This document shows positions 1 through 9,205 of a stretch of DNA of 64,000 bases, piece after piece. A program made the translations under genes and the position numbers. The stretch's first letter is position 1; each line of letters begins with the position of its first letter. The stretch spans positions 748,710-812,709 of the forward strand of contig CAXXWZ010000007.1 in NCBI GenBank assembly GCA_963674935.2. Reading direction: 5' to 3'. Source of the stretch: Bacteroidales bacterium (GTDB taxonomy: Bacteria > Bacteroidota > Bacteroidia > Bacteroidales > GCA-2711565). The notes beneath the pieces were generated by a model. It worked only from the letters and a program-made list of their open reading frames with translations, had not been told where the DNA came from and did no database searches.

Positions 1-812
1 TGACCTAGCATTTCCTGAACTGCTCTTAAATCTGCTCCTCTGTCCACTAAATGTGAGGCAAATGAATGTCTTAATGTGTGTGGGCTCACATTTTTTTTCA
101 ATCCACATTTTTCGATTTGCTTTTTGATGATTAAAAAAATCATGACCCGCGATAATTTATGGCCTCGATTATTCAGAAAAAGAATATCTCCTTCACCCGA
201 TTGAATTTTAATTTTATTTCTGTAATTGTCGACATAAAGCTGAATTTGATTCATCGCTTCTTTACCAATAGGAGTGAGGCGCTCCTTATCTCCCTTGCCA
301 ACAATTTTAATATAACCTTGTTTAAAATGCAAGTTGGATATTTTTAATTCTATCAGCTCTGTAACTCTTAAACCACAACTATAAAGCGTTTCGATGATGG
401 CCTTATTCCGCTGCCCGTTTTCTGTGCTTAAATCAAAACTATTAATGAGTAAATCAACTTCTTCAACGTTTAAAGTATCGGGTAGTTTACGACCAACTCT
501 GGGAGATTCAAGTAGTTCGGTCGGGTTTTGACTGATGATCTCCTCCATCAGAAGATATTTGTAAAAGGCTTTAATTCCGGAAATGATTCGGGTTTGTGTA
601 CTGCTACTTACACCCAACTTATTGATCCATATTAAAAAGCCTTTTAAATCATCATATTTAACTTTATCAGGAGATATTTCAATGTTTGAATCATTAAAAT
701 AAGCAGCTAATTTCTCAATATCTGCAGTATAGGCAGCAATTGAGTTTTTCGATAAAGACTTTTCGAGCGCTAAAAATGATTTAAACCCTTTGAGGTGCAT
801 GTCCCAATTCAT
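1..812 (-). CDS. xerD: site-specific tyrosine recombinase XerD-like (3' end runs off left window edge)
   Basis: Absent from the ORF track because it is open at the window edge. Own reverse-strand translation from ATG 810-812 gives MNWDMHLKGFKSFLALEKSLSKNSIAAYTADIEKL... Bases 1-90 give ...VSPHTLRHSFASHLVDRGADLRAVQEMLG, the LRHSFATHL catalytic box of Xer recombinases. Confidence 0.8.
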   Translation of the reverse strand, partial: MNWDMHLKGFKSFLALEKSLSKNSIAAYTADIEKLAAYFNDSNIEISPDKVKYDDLKGFLIWINKLGVSSSTQTRIISGIKAFYKYLLMEEIISQNPTELLESPRVGRKLPDTLNVEEVDLLINSFDLSTENGQRNKAIIETLYSCGLRVTELIELKISNLHFKQGYIKIVGKGDKERLTPIGKEAMNQIQLYVDNYRNKIKIQSGEGDILFLNNRGHKLSRVMIFLIIKKQIEKCGLKKNVSPHTLRHSFASHLVDRGADLRAVQEMLG

Positions 813-835
813 GTCTCAAAGATAAGGTTTATCGC

Positions 836-1686
836 TTAGCTGATAAATCCATTTTCAACATTCATCGCAACTTCAATTAATTCTTTGGTTGAAATTGCAG
901 GAGAATTCATATTCCTTTTGATGTCATCCAGATATTGGTGTAGTTTTTCGGTATCCTTTTCTTTAATAATATCGAGTAAATTACCTAACTGATCTTTAAT
1001 TCGCTCTAACTGATAAGCACTGTGTGGTCCAAATAAAATTTCAGAAATCAGGAAATTATCTTCCCGAAAGTAAACCTTCGGCAATTTTCATGTGCTTATT
1101 GAAAGTTGTTCCGGGCGCATCCTGTTTTCTCATGCAAAGCCGCAAAAACAATGGTGGATGAAAAAGGCACGGCCAAGGAATAAGCAATGGTTTGATCATG
1201 CCCAACAAATGTGTATTCATGAATGCTTAATCCTAGTGAAGTAAAAAAATGAATGGAAGAAATTCTTCCCTATTTCTGAGGATTCTTTAATTATAATTGC
1301 ATGCTGGTTTTTTTAAATTATTTAAGCTTGCAAATGTAGGCCCAAACATAGGGTGGGTTGAAACGAAATCAAAGCCGCTGGTTTTTGTAAAAATTTCTTA
1401 ATCCGTTTTTTAACCGAAGCAATATCCGATAAAATACATGCTTTGGGTAAAAAATGGAATTATTTCTTCAAATGCTGCAATCGTATTTTTTAAGTCGACG
1501 GAATTAATTATATAATTCAGGGCTAAACGTTGAAAATTTCTTCTAGCTTTAATCAGCCTTTGTGTATTAAAAAACATACCTTAATTTAGTCATGTCTTTA
1601 TCAAAAATGGCAACTTCATGTTGAAGGCAAAGTGCGTCGGATAACCAAATTCCCATTTTTCCCGCACCAATAATTAATATTTTCAT
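836..1686 (-). pseudogene. tyrA: prephenate dehydrogenase (TyrA), broken by several frameshifts as assembled
   Basis: Reverse translation from ATG 1684-1686 gives MKILIIGAGKMGIWLSDALCLQHEVAIFDKD (Rossmann GxGxxG). Later frames give ...VSTHPMFGPTFASLNNL..., and the 82-aa ORF 836..1084 is the C-terminal tail. The pieces lie in different frames and switch at A/T runs. Last gene of the aromatic operon. Confidence 0.65.
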
Positions 1687-1708
1687 CTGATTATATATTA
1701 TACTTTAA

Positions 1709-2818
1709 TTAGGATTTTTTATTTTTTGATTGCTTTGATTTGTTCATGATTAACTCCTGATGTTTCACAGATTCTTCATGAATTGATTTAAAAACTTTCT
1801 CGCTAAACTCACGACTTAACCCATTAATATTAGCCTGCTTAACTCTTTTTTCCATTATTTCGGTGTATCGGCTTGGTTGGAAAATAGTCACATCGTTTTC
1901 ACTTTTGTATTTCCCGATGTTTTGTGATACTTGCATCCGTTTTCCGAGAATGTCTAGCATGCTGATATCAAGTTTATCAATCTCAGCTCGTAAATCTTCC
2001 AGGTCGTAATTAATTTTTGGATTGTTATTGGTGCTTCGAATAATTAATTTGTCAAACACTTTCTTTAAATCTTTAGGGGTTAATTGCTGGCCGGCATCAC
2101 TCCATGCATTGTCAGGATCAATATGAGATTCGATCATCAATCCATCAAAGTTCAAGTCCATGGCCTGCTGCGATACCTCAAGGATTAAATCACGTCTTCC
2201 CGAAATATGACTTGGATCGGCAATAATTTGAAGTTCAGGTAAGCGTCGTTTTAAATCGATAGGAATTTCCCAATTGGGTTCATTTCTGTATTTGGCTTTA
2301 TTGTATGTTGAAAATCCGCGATGAATGGCAGCAATTTTTTTAACCCCCGCACGATTAATTCTTTCAATTGCACCTATCCATAAATCTAAATCAGGGTTAA
2401 CGGGGTTTTTAATTAAAATTGGAATATCAACTCCTGTTAATGCTTCTGCAATTTCCTGCACCGCAAACGGATTTGCTGTTGTTCTGGCACCAATCCAAAG
2501 CATATCTAATCCATACTTTAATGCTTCGTAAACATGAACTGCTGTAGCAACTTCTGTGCCGATCAGCATGCCTGTTTCGGCTTTTACTCTTTTCATCCAG
2601 GGTAATCCTTTTGTTCCAACGCCCTCGAATGAACCTGGTCGTGTTCGCGGTTTCCAAATCCCTGCTCTGAATACTTTGGTACCCATTGCTGCCAATTCAT
2701 GTGCGGTTGTGAGCACCTGTTCTTCTGTTTCGGCACTACATGGGCCATTTATAAAAAGTGGTCTTTTTAATTCCTGGTCGTTAACCTTTAATGTTTCAAT
2801 TTCAATAATTGGATTCAT
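1709..2818 (-). CDS. bifunctional 3-deoxy-7-phosphoheptulonate (DAHP) synthase / chorismate mutase type II
   Basis: 369-aa ORF. The N-terminal about 270 aa resemble a KDO8P/DAHP-synthase type I-beta TIM barrel (GPCSAE, ADPSHISGRR). The C-terminal about 90 aa resemble chorismate mutase (LRAEIDKLDISMLDILGKRMQVSQNIGKYK). 4-nt overlap with the upstream aminotransferase. Confidence 0.85.
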   Translation of the reverse strand: MNPIIEIETLKVNDQELKRPLFINGPCSAETEEQVLTTAHELAAMGTKVFRAGIWKPRTRPGSFEGVGTKGLPWMKRVKAETGMLIGTEVATAVHVYEALKYGLDMLWIGARTTANPFAVQEIAEALTGVDIPILIKNPVNPDLDLWIGAIERINRAGVKKIAAIHRGFSTYNKAKYRNEPNWEIPIDLKRRLPELQIIADPSHISGRRDLILEVSQQAMDLNFDGLMIESHIDPDNAWSDAGQQLTPKDLKKVFDKLIIRSTNNNPKINYDLEDLRAEIDKLDISMLDILGKRMQVSQNIGKYKSENDVTIFQPSRYTEIMEKRVKQANINGLSREFSEKVFKSIHEESVKHQELIMNKSKQSKNKKS

Positions 2819-3981
2819 GATAATTTAATATTAGATATGATTCGTGTTTTTGCGAGTTGTAATTTTTCTTGTGAATTGCTCAATGAAATTCGGATATACT
2901 TTTTCCCTTCTTCACCAAAAATAAACCCGGGAGTAATATATACACCAGTGTCATTTAACAGCTTTTCGGAAAAAGATTCAGAGGTCTCGAAGGCATTCGG
3001 TATGTACGCCCAAACAAACATTCCGACCTGTCTTTTTTGATAAGTGCATTTTAGAATATCCAGCATTTCATGAGCAATTTTTTGTCTTTTAGCGTATTCC
3101 GTATTTAGGTTTTTATACCAGGATTCTGGATTGTTCAGGGCAGAAACTGCTGCTTTTTGTAAGGGTTTGTAAATGCCGGAATCAGCATTGCTCTTGATTT
3201 TTAAAATGTGTTGAATAAAAGTTGAATTGGATGCCAGCATTCCCATTCTCCATCCCGCCATATTGTGCGATTTACTTAATGAGTTTAATTCAATGGCGAT
3301 ATTCTTGGCACCTGCAATTGATAAAATACTCATCGGTTTTTCATTCAGAATAAAACTGTAAGGATTGTCGTTGCATAAAACGATATCATGTGCCCGCGCA
3401 AATTTTAAGAGTTCAATAAAATCAGTTTTTTTAATTTGAGCTCCGGTTGGCATGTTTGGGTAATTAATCCACATCATTTTTACATTGCTTAAATCGCGAG
3501 TGGATAATTCTTTTAAATCAGGAAGCCAGTTTAATGATCTTTTTAGCTTATAAATCATGGGCTCAGCTCCGATCATTTTACTAACAGCTGCATAAGTTGG
3601 GTATCCGGGATCAGGAATTAGCACCTTGTCTTCTGGATTAAGAAAGGCCAAGGAAATGTGTAAAATACCTTCTTTTGATCCAATAAGTGGCAGGATCTCG
3701 CTTTCTGGATCGAGCTCAACTTTAAATTTTGATTTGTACCAATTCGCGTATGCATTTCTTAGTTCAGAAATCCCGTTGTATGGTTGATAGCCATGGACAT
3801 CTGACTTTTGGATCTCTTGTTGTAAAGTTTCGATGGTTGCGTTTGAAGGTAAAAGATCAGGATTTCCAATCCCTAAATTGATGATATCTTCACCCGCTGC
3901 ATTGCGTTTCGCAATCTCCTTTAATTTTGTAGAGAAATAGTATTCGCTAGTAATGTTTACTCTGTTTGCCGGTATTATCAT
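2815..3981 (-). CDS. class I/II PLP-dependent aminotransferase (probable aromatic/prephenate aminotransferase)
   Basis: 388-aa ORF with an aminotransferase fold and PLP-lysine motif SLSKSHNMAGWR. Sits between pheA and the DAHP synthase gene. Confidence 0.8.
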   Translation of the reverse strand: MIIPANRVNITSEYYFSTKLKEIAKRNAAGEDIINLGIGNPDLLPSNATIETLQQEIQKSDVHGYQPYNGISELRNAYANWYKSKFKVELDPESEILPLIGSKEGILHISLAFLNPEDKVLIPDPGYPTYAAVSKMIGAEPMIYKLKRSLNWLPDLKELSTRDLSNVKMMWINYPNMPTGAQIKKTDFIELLKFARAHDIVLCNDNPYSFILNEKPMSILSIAGAKNIAIELNSLSKSHNMAGWRMGMLASNSTFIQHILKIKSNADSGIYKPLQKAAVSALNNPESWYKNLNTEYAKRQKIAHEMLDILKCTYQKRQVGMFVWAYIPNAFETSESFSEKLLNDTGVYITPGFIFGEEGKKYIRISLSNSQEKLQLAKTRIISNIKLS

Positions 3982-3990
3982 TATAAAATT

Positions 3991-4864
3991 TTAATGAAGT
4001 GAACTAATTTGTTGAGATTCGATTGGTGTTACGGCTGCCGGATATTCACCCAATATTCTGAGATCTTCAACATATTTACCAATACTTTGCACCGCCCTTT
4101 CATATTGTTCATTTTTATCAAAAACCATATCGATATAAAATAGGTAAGTCCATTCCTGCCCAACCAGTGGTAGCGATTGGATTTTTGTAAGACTAATATC
4201 GAAGGCCGCTAAAACAGTAAGTAGTTGTGCCAGACTTCCTGAACGATGCGAAAGTGTTACCACCCACGAGGCTTTGTTAATTTCATTATTGTCAGCAAAT
4301 TTTTGATTCCTTTCTTCGATCGGGCTTACAATTAAAAACCTGGTAAAGTTTCGTTTGTTGGTTTCGATTCCTCTGGCCAATAGTTTTAATCCAAAACTTT
4401 TGGCGGCAATTTCATTCGAAATGGCGCCTCGACCTTTGATTTGCTTTTGGCTTATTTCATATGCACTGTATGCTGTATCATCACTGTTTATTAATTTGAT
4501 GTGAGGATATTTTTTGAAAAATTCTTTACATTGCTGCAAGGCCATTGGGTGCGAATGTACTTCGGTTATATTTTCAATCTTTTGTCCTGGTAGCGCCATC
4601 AAACTATGTTTTACTCTGAGTTTATATTCTGCTCGGATAAAAAGATTCGACTCTCTGAGTAAAGTATAATTGCCCAAAATACTACCCACAAGGGTGTTTT
4701 CAATAGCTACTATACCGTAATCTGCTTTAGAGGAGTGGATGGCATCAAACAATCCTTCGAAAGTCATACAGGGTACAATTTCAATTTCTTCGTTTTTAAA
4801 ATACTGATGGGCCACTATCTCATGAAATGAATTGTAATACCCTTGAATTCCTATTTTTTTTCAT
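3991..4864 (-). CDS. pheA: prephenate dehydratase; N-terminal 16 codons out of frame because of a T8 run (4854-4861)
   Basis: 274-aa ORF 3991..4815 has the PDT domain and a C-terminal ACT domain. Upstream, ATG 4862-4864 reads MKKIGIQGYYNSFHEIVAHQYF..., the typical PheA N-terminus, only if one T of the 8-T run is removed (874 nt = 3n+1). Confidence 0.85.
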
Positions 4865-4963
4865 CCGTAAATTAATTTTATTATAAGGTCGGATGGAACT
4901 CGCATATGAGTTTTTCATCCTTGTTTACATTTAACGAACATGCTCGTTTCATATTTGTAATGC

Positions 4964-4994
4964 AAAAAAAAATCCGCTTCTTTTAGAGCGGATT
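4964..4994 (-). terminator. attenuator terminator 2 (proximal to pheA)
   Basis: Minus-strand RNA AAUCCGCU-CUAAAAGA-AGCGGAUU followed by a U-run (plus-strand A9 at 4964-4972). Its 5' arm can alternatively pair with GAGCGGAUU (5024-5032), which overlaps the leader-2 stop codon. Confidence 0.75.
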
Positions 4995-5030
4995 GGTTAA
5001 AAATTTATTTAAATAAAACACATAATCCGC

Positions 5031-5093
5031 TCATTCCTCAGGGTAACCAAAGAAGTAAAAATAAAAGCTAAAATATGTGTTGAATGTTTGCAT
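5031..5093 (-). CDS. putative leader peptide 2, MQTFNTYFSFYFYFFGYPEE (6 Phe, 4 Tyr)
   Basis: Own translation of the reverse strand: ATG 5091-5093, TGA 5031-5033. 10 of 20 residues are Phe or Tyr. The stop codon overlaps the antiterminator segment. Confidence 0.7.
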   Translation of the reverse strand: MQTFNTYFSFYFYFFGYPEE

Positions 5094-5103
5094 GTTCTGT
5101 TTC

Positions 5104-5134
5104 AAAAAAAAAAGTCCCATCAAAATGATGGGAC
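5104..5134 (-). terminator. attenuator terminator 1 (distal)
   Basis: Minus-strand RNA GUCCCAUC-AUUUU-GAUGGGAC followed by U10 (plus-strand A10 at 5104-5113). The 5' arm can alternatively pair with GAUGGGA (5167-5173), which overlaps the leader-1 stop codon. Confidence 0.75.
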
Positions 5135-5172
5135 TTTTAAATTATATTTTTTAAGTATATACAAATTCCCAT

Positions 5173-5226
5173 CTATCCTTTTGGATAAAAATAAAAATAG
5201 AAAAAAGTATAAAAATTGTTGTTCAT
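5173..5226 (-). CDS. putative leader peptide 1, MNNNFYTFFYFYFYPKG (5 Phe, 4 Tyr)
   Basis: Own translation: ATG 5224-5226, TAG 5173-5175. 9 of 17 residues are Phe or Tyr. Confidence 0.7.
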   Translation of the reverse strand: MNNNFYTFFYFYFYPKG

Positions 5227-5244
5227 AGTTTTGTTTTATGCGCA

Positions 5245-5276
5245 CAAATGTAAGGCGTTTTTATGGGTTAATGCAA
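5245..5276 (-). promoter_or_regulatory. Bacteroidota sigma-A type promoter (TTG-N21-TACATTTG) for the aromatic operon leader
   Basis: Minus strand reads ccTTGcattaacccataaaaacgcctTACATTTGtg. The -7 box matches TAnnTTTG exactly (5245-5252) and the -33 TTG is at 5274-5276. About 18 nt separate the -7 box from the leader-1 ATG. Confidence 0.5.
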
Positions 5277-5346
5277 GGTTTTTATGCAAAAATATTATTA
5301 AAAGAAATTTCTGCTTAGATAAGTTTCAGATTCTAAAACTCTTAGC

Positions 5347-6804
5347 TTACTGTTTCCGCTGTATTTGATCCAAATAATCATTGATTGGCTTTTGAGTATT
5401 GGTGTTTTTTGAAAGAATCCAGTCAACAGTAGGCTGCATATAAGATATTGATGTATTGTAAGGATTCTGATCGTAAAGTGCAAATTTTGAGTTTTCTTGA
5501 GCGTATAGATAGTCGGTTGTAAGTACCGTGTAAACCTCATTTGTTTCAATTGGTGTTCCATCTAAAAGTTTATACCCTCCAATGGTGGTCATGCCTCCAA
5601 TAATAAGATTTCCGATACAATCAATAACCTGCGCACCTGTGAGTTCAATTTCGTACAAAGTGTTTGTGAATGGTAATAACCCAACAATAGTCGCAAGCGT
5701 AATATCCCCTGGCAGAATGTCTTGCCTGATGCCTCCAGCATTTGTCATTGAAATAACTGCTTTGGGGTATGCTTCGAGCCAGGAATCAGCGACCATGTTA
5801 TGCATGGCTGCTGAATTCTTGTCAATATTTTCATCACAATATCCAATGACCAACGATAGGTCTTCTTCAGCCTTCAACTTCCATTTATCAACAACTGCAC
5901 TTACCTGATTGCTCACAGCGTTGGTAGCCGGATTGTTTACAATCTCACTAGATATTACGTTTGTAATTTTTGTTGTTTGATTATATTCAATAACTACTTT
6001 GCAATAATTTTTTAAGCCTGAACCTGATTCGATGAGTGAGACCCCGTTCACTGATTTCGATACCACCTGATGCGTATGCCCTCCAGTTATTAAAGTAACG
6101 CCAAGCGATTTTGCAACCGGTGCCAGTTGTGTCATCTCATACTCACCAATGTGTCCGGTAACAATAATAACTTCGGCACCTAAATCTTTTACGATAGGTA
6201 TATATTCATTAATCGCATCTGCATAAGATATAAAGTCAAAATCTGCCACAAAAGCAGGGAAAGTAGTTGATGGTGTGCTCTGAGATGCAAGACCAATAAA
6301 AGCAACCTTTACCCCATCGGCTTCTTCAATGATATAGGGTTGGGCAAATGAAGGTATCTCACCTGTACTTTTGGCGCGAATGTTTGCTGCAATTAAAGGG
6401 AATTCAAGCAATCTGATATTTTTGGTCAATCCTTCAATTTTAAAATCAAATTCATGATTTCCGATGGTAGCAACATCATATTCCATTTCATTCATTACTT
6501 CAACCATCGATTCGCCCTGAAACCAGGTTGAAATGGCAGGTCCTGTCCACATGTCTCCTCCACTCACAATTAAAAATGAATCAGCTCCGTTGTACCCTTC
6601 TTTGGTTTTCCATAGTTCGAACATTCCTGCTGCTCCACCAAAAGTTTCATCAGCTTGTAGCCATCCATGTTCATCGTTGGTGTATAAAATAACTATGCTT
6701 TTTAGCTTAGATTCCTGATTCTGAGTAGGAATATTATCTCTGTTATTACAGGAGAAGAGTAAGACTACAACAAGAGCGAATGATATTTTAATGAAGTTTT
6801 TCAT
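5347..6804 (-). CDS. bifunctional metallophosphatase / 5'-nucleotidase lipoprotein (UshA-like)
   Basis: 485-aa ORF with lipobox VLLFSC. Calcineurin-like metallophosphoesterase motifs (NDEHG, GGDMW, GNHEFD, GHTH) and a C-terminal 5'-nucleotidase domain. Confidence 0.85.
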   Translation of the reverse strand: MKNFIKISFALVVVLLFSCNNRDNIPTQNQESKLKSIVILYTNDEHGWLQADETFGGAAGMFELWKTKEGYNGADSFLIVSGGDMWTGPAISTWFQGESMVEVMNEMEYDVATIGNHEFDFKIEGLTKNIRLLEFPLIAANIRAKSTGEIPSFAQPYIIEEADGVKVAFIGLASQSTPSTTFPAFVADFDFISYADAINEYIPIVKDLGAEVIIVTGHIGEYEMTQLAPVAKSLGVTLITGGHTHQVVSKSVNGVSLIESGSGLKNYCKVVIEYNQTTKITNVISSEIVNNPATNAVSNQVSAVVDKWKLKAEEDLSLVIGYCDENIDKNSAAMHNMVADSWLEAYPKAVISMTNAGGIRQDILPGDITLATIVGLLPFTNTLYEIELTGAQVIDCIGNLIIGGMTTIGGYKLLDGTPIETNEVYTVLTTDYLYAQENSKFALYDQNPYNTSISYMQPTVDWILSKNTNTQKPINDYLDQIQRKQ

Positions 6805-6839
6805 ATGTCGAATTCGTAAATTAAATTAAACACAATTTG

Positions 6840-8807
6840 TTACTTAACAAATTTAGCGGTTAGTGTTTTGCGATCTGTTTTAATGATTAGCAAATACATA
6901 CCATGAGTAATTTTGCTGGCATCGATACGAGAATTGTCAAATACTCCCTGGGTAATTATATTGCTTTGTAAATCAAGAATTTGATATTCACCTTGCTCAA
7001 CATTTCGCAAATTTATAAAATCATTAACAGGATTGGGGTAGAAAATTATTTCAGTTTCAGTATTCCCTAAACTTTCAATCCCGACATTTGAATCCCAATA
7101 TTCACCTATCTTATTCCCCCATAAATATTCAGCTAAATCTGGAAGGTCGATAAATGGGTTCCTGTTTTTTTGCCAATTGTAAATGATATTGTTCCGGTTC
7201 ATTTCAAAATCATCCGGTGGATCCTGACGATGCCATACGATTAATGAATCTAAATCACCCAATTGCCCGACAGTATAATTATCAGGATTACCTGAAACCA
7301 CATCAAGTGCATTATAGCGGATGCTCATAAAAAAAATGCTTCTGGCAACATCTCCTTTCCAGCTTCCATGATTCCCCTGAGGGCCACTGTATTCTTCACC
7401 ATAATCTTTATTCGATCGGATTGAGTTTTCTGTATAATCAGAAGCTCGAAGTGAATGAGCATCTGAATGTCCATGCTCAATATGATCAGCACTTGTATTC
7501 ATATAGAGGTCAATTCCATCAGAATAAAAGGAAGTTCCGTCAGAAAAACCTCCCCTTGATTGGGGATAAATATGTTCTCTGTTCCAGTACCCTGTTGAAG
7601 TTGTTCCCGTTTGCTGTAATGATTTGTCGCGACCTTCTTCTGAGTACAAGAGCCAAACAGATAAACTGTTGGATGGATCTTGATCAGCTTCTTTTAAGAT
7701 CGCCCAAATATCCCCGTAGTTTTGGGCTCGAACCGTGTATGGATCGGCGATAATATTTTGAATGGCATTTTTTAAATCCTGGCCTTGAAGATTGGAAAGT
7801 GAACGGTAATAATTAAGGTTAGCAGTGCTGGCGACCATACCATAGGTCGGATTAAGAGGCGTTCCCCAATCACTTCCTGTTACATCATCATCTAATATTT
7901 TAATTGAGTAGTTGTTATTTATCACCGTAACATCTGCAGGGATATTAACGATTTTTACTTTTAAAAATTCATCTCCTTCGGTTTCTGTATCATTTATTAA
8001 GATAACTCTTGTTGATATAGATGTTGTCCCATTTAATATAGTTATATTATTATCTGATGTAAAATCATTTGAATTAAAGTCTCCATTTATAAGTGTAAAG
8101 GACAATGCTAGATTTTCATCCATTGCCACATCTGAAGTAAAAACAATATCAAATTCATCCCCTTCAGTAAAACTGGTATTGGAAGCTGAGATGGTAATTC
8201 TGTATTTGGTTTCAACCGTTGATCCGTCATTAGGTTGTCCGGGCGTTGGTTCTTTAACACTATAAGTGCCGTCTCCATTATTTTGAATTGAATGTTCGTT
8301 TTTATTTCCGTTCTCGTTTTCGTTAATTTGTTGGCTTTGGCCTAAAACACTTAATAATCCGGTGTCATCAGGATCGTCTGTATCATAAACAAGTGCATCG
8401 ATTAAATTGTTCCCCGTTGCCGGTGTTCCCATCGGAAAATCTGAAGCACTGGCTTGATAAATTGCAACAGCATCCGAACCATTTTGCAAGGTATTTAAAG
8501 GGAAAATAATTGATGGTCCCGGCTCCACATCCGTGTTTCCAACAAGAAATATTCCGTTAGCATCTGTAGCATATCCATTTAAATCGATGGTATAATAACT
8601 GATGTCTCCATTGCCATTGTACAATACAATGATATAACCGTCTAAACTAAAATTGGGTGTTGCGGATTTCAATTCTATAAACTCTAAAGCATCATTTATT
8701 GGTGTACTTGGCGTATCGGCATCTATTTCATTTATTATTAAGTTTTGAGAAAAAACTGTACTTAAAAAAAGCATTGAGAATATTGCAAAAAGCAGGGGAG
8801 CCTTCAT
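6840..8807 (-). CDS. secreted endonuclease I family nuclease with lamin-tail (LTD) and Calx-beta domains and a T9SS C-terminal sorting domain
   Basis: 655-aa ORF with a signal peptide. N-terminal LTD-like segment (LIINEIDAD...EFIELK). Calx-beta-like repeat (ILNGTTSISTRVILINDTETEGDEF). Endonuclease I motifs (NREHIYPQSRGG, HSLRASD, NRNPFID). C-terminal FYPNPVNDFINL... resembles a Por secretion tail. Confidence 0.85.
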   Translation of the reverse strand: MKAPLLFAIFSMLFLSTVFSQNLIINEIDADTPSTPINDALEFIELKSATPNFSLDGYIIVLYNGNGDISYYTIDLNGYATDANGIFLVGNTDVEPGPSIIFPLNTLQNGSDAVAIYQASASDFPMGTPATGNNLIDALVYDTDDPDDTGLLSVLGQSQQINENENGNKNEHSIQNNGDGTYSVKEPTPGQPNDGSTVETKYRITISASNTSFTEGDEFDIVFTSDVAMDENLALSFTLINGDFNSNDFTSDNNITILNGTTSISTRVILINDTETEGDEFLKVKIVNIPADVTVINNNYSIKILDDDVTGSDWGTPLNPTYGMVASTANLNYYRSLSNLQGQDLKNAIQNIIADPYTVRAQNYGDIWAILKEADQDPSNSLSVWLLYSEEGRDKSLQQTGTTSTGYWNREHIYPQSRGGFSDGTSFYSDGIDLYMNTSADHIEHGHSDAHSLRASDYTENSIRSNKDYGEEYSGPQGNHGSWKGDVARSIFFMSIRYNALDVVSGNPDNYTVGQLGDLDSLIVWHRQDPPDDFEMNRNNIIYNWQKNRNPFIDLPDLAEYLWGNKIGEYWDSNVGIESLGNTETEIIFYPNPVNDFINLRNVEQGEYQILDLQSNIITQGVFDNSRIDASKITHGMYLLIIKTDRKTLTAKFVK

Positions 8808-9205
8808 TGTTTAGTTTTAGTAATTATTTGAAAATGTTTTTGTCACTTGCAAAATTAGGAAAAAAATCAGTCTCAGTTTTTTTAACTTTTGGGCTTGATA
8901 AATATTAACCATTATCAAGTCATGAAAATGACACAAATATTATCACAATTTTGATAGAATTTGTGAGGATTTACTTATAATCTGACCTCTTGACTTGCAG
9001 TTTCTTTGATTGAAAATAACAGAAATGTAATTGAAGTGTAACTGAATTGAAATGATGGTTTAAAAAATCCTAATTATCAGCTAGTTCTGTTCGTCATAAA
9101 TGGGTGGTTTTTTTATTAACATTTATTAACACTTAACATTTCTGCGATTTTATTTTTTTATCTTGTTTGCTGTAAAAGAAACAAAGAATTAATAAACTAA
9201 ATTTT

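Noticed and set aside
159-347. 62-aa plus-strand ORF at the left edge.
   Set aside because: It is antisense to the clearly recognisable xerD coding sequence that occupies 1-812 on the minus strand.
836-1084. 82-aa ORF treated as an independent small gene.
   Set aside because: It is the in-frame C-terminal tail of the frameshifted prephenate dehydrogenase; upstream fragments of the same protein continue to 1686.
4895-4963. A third short ORF (MKRACSLNVNKDEKLICEFHPTL) and a small palindrome between attenuator 2 and pheA, considered as another leader.
   Set aside because: It is not enriched in Phe/Tyr, no terminator or antiterminator is associated with it, and it is probably just 5'-UTR.
5298-5561. 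87-aa ORF overlapping the 3' end of the 5'-nucleotidase gene and extending toward the attenuator promoter.
   Set aside because: It overlaps the well-supported 5347..6804 CDS in another frame, its sequence is low-complexity, and no start context is visible.
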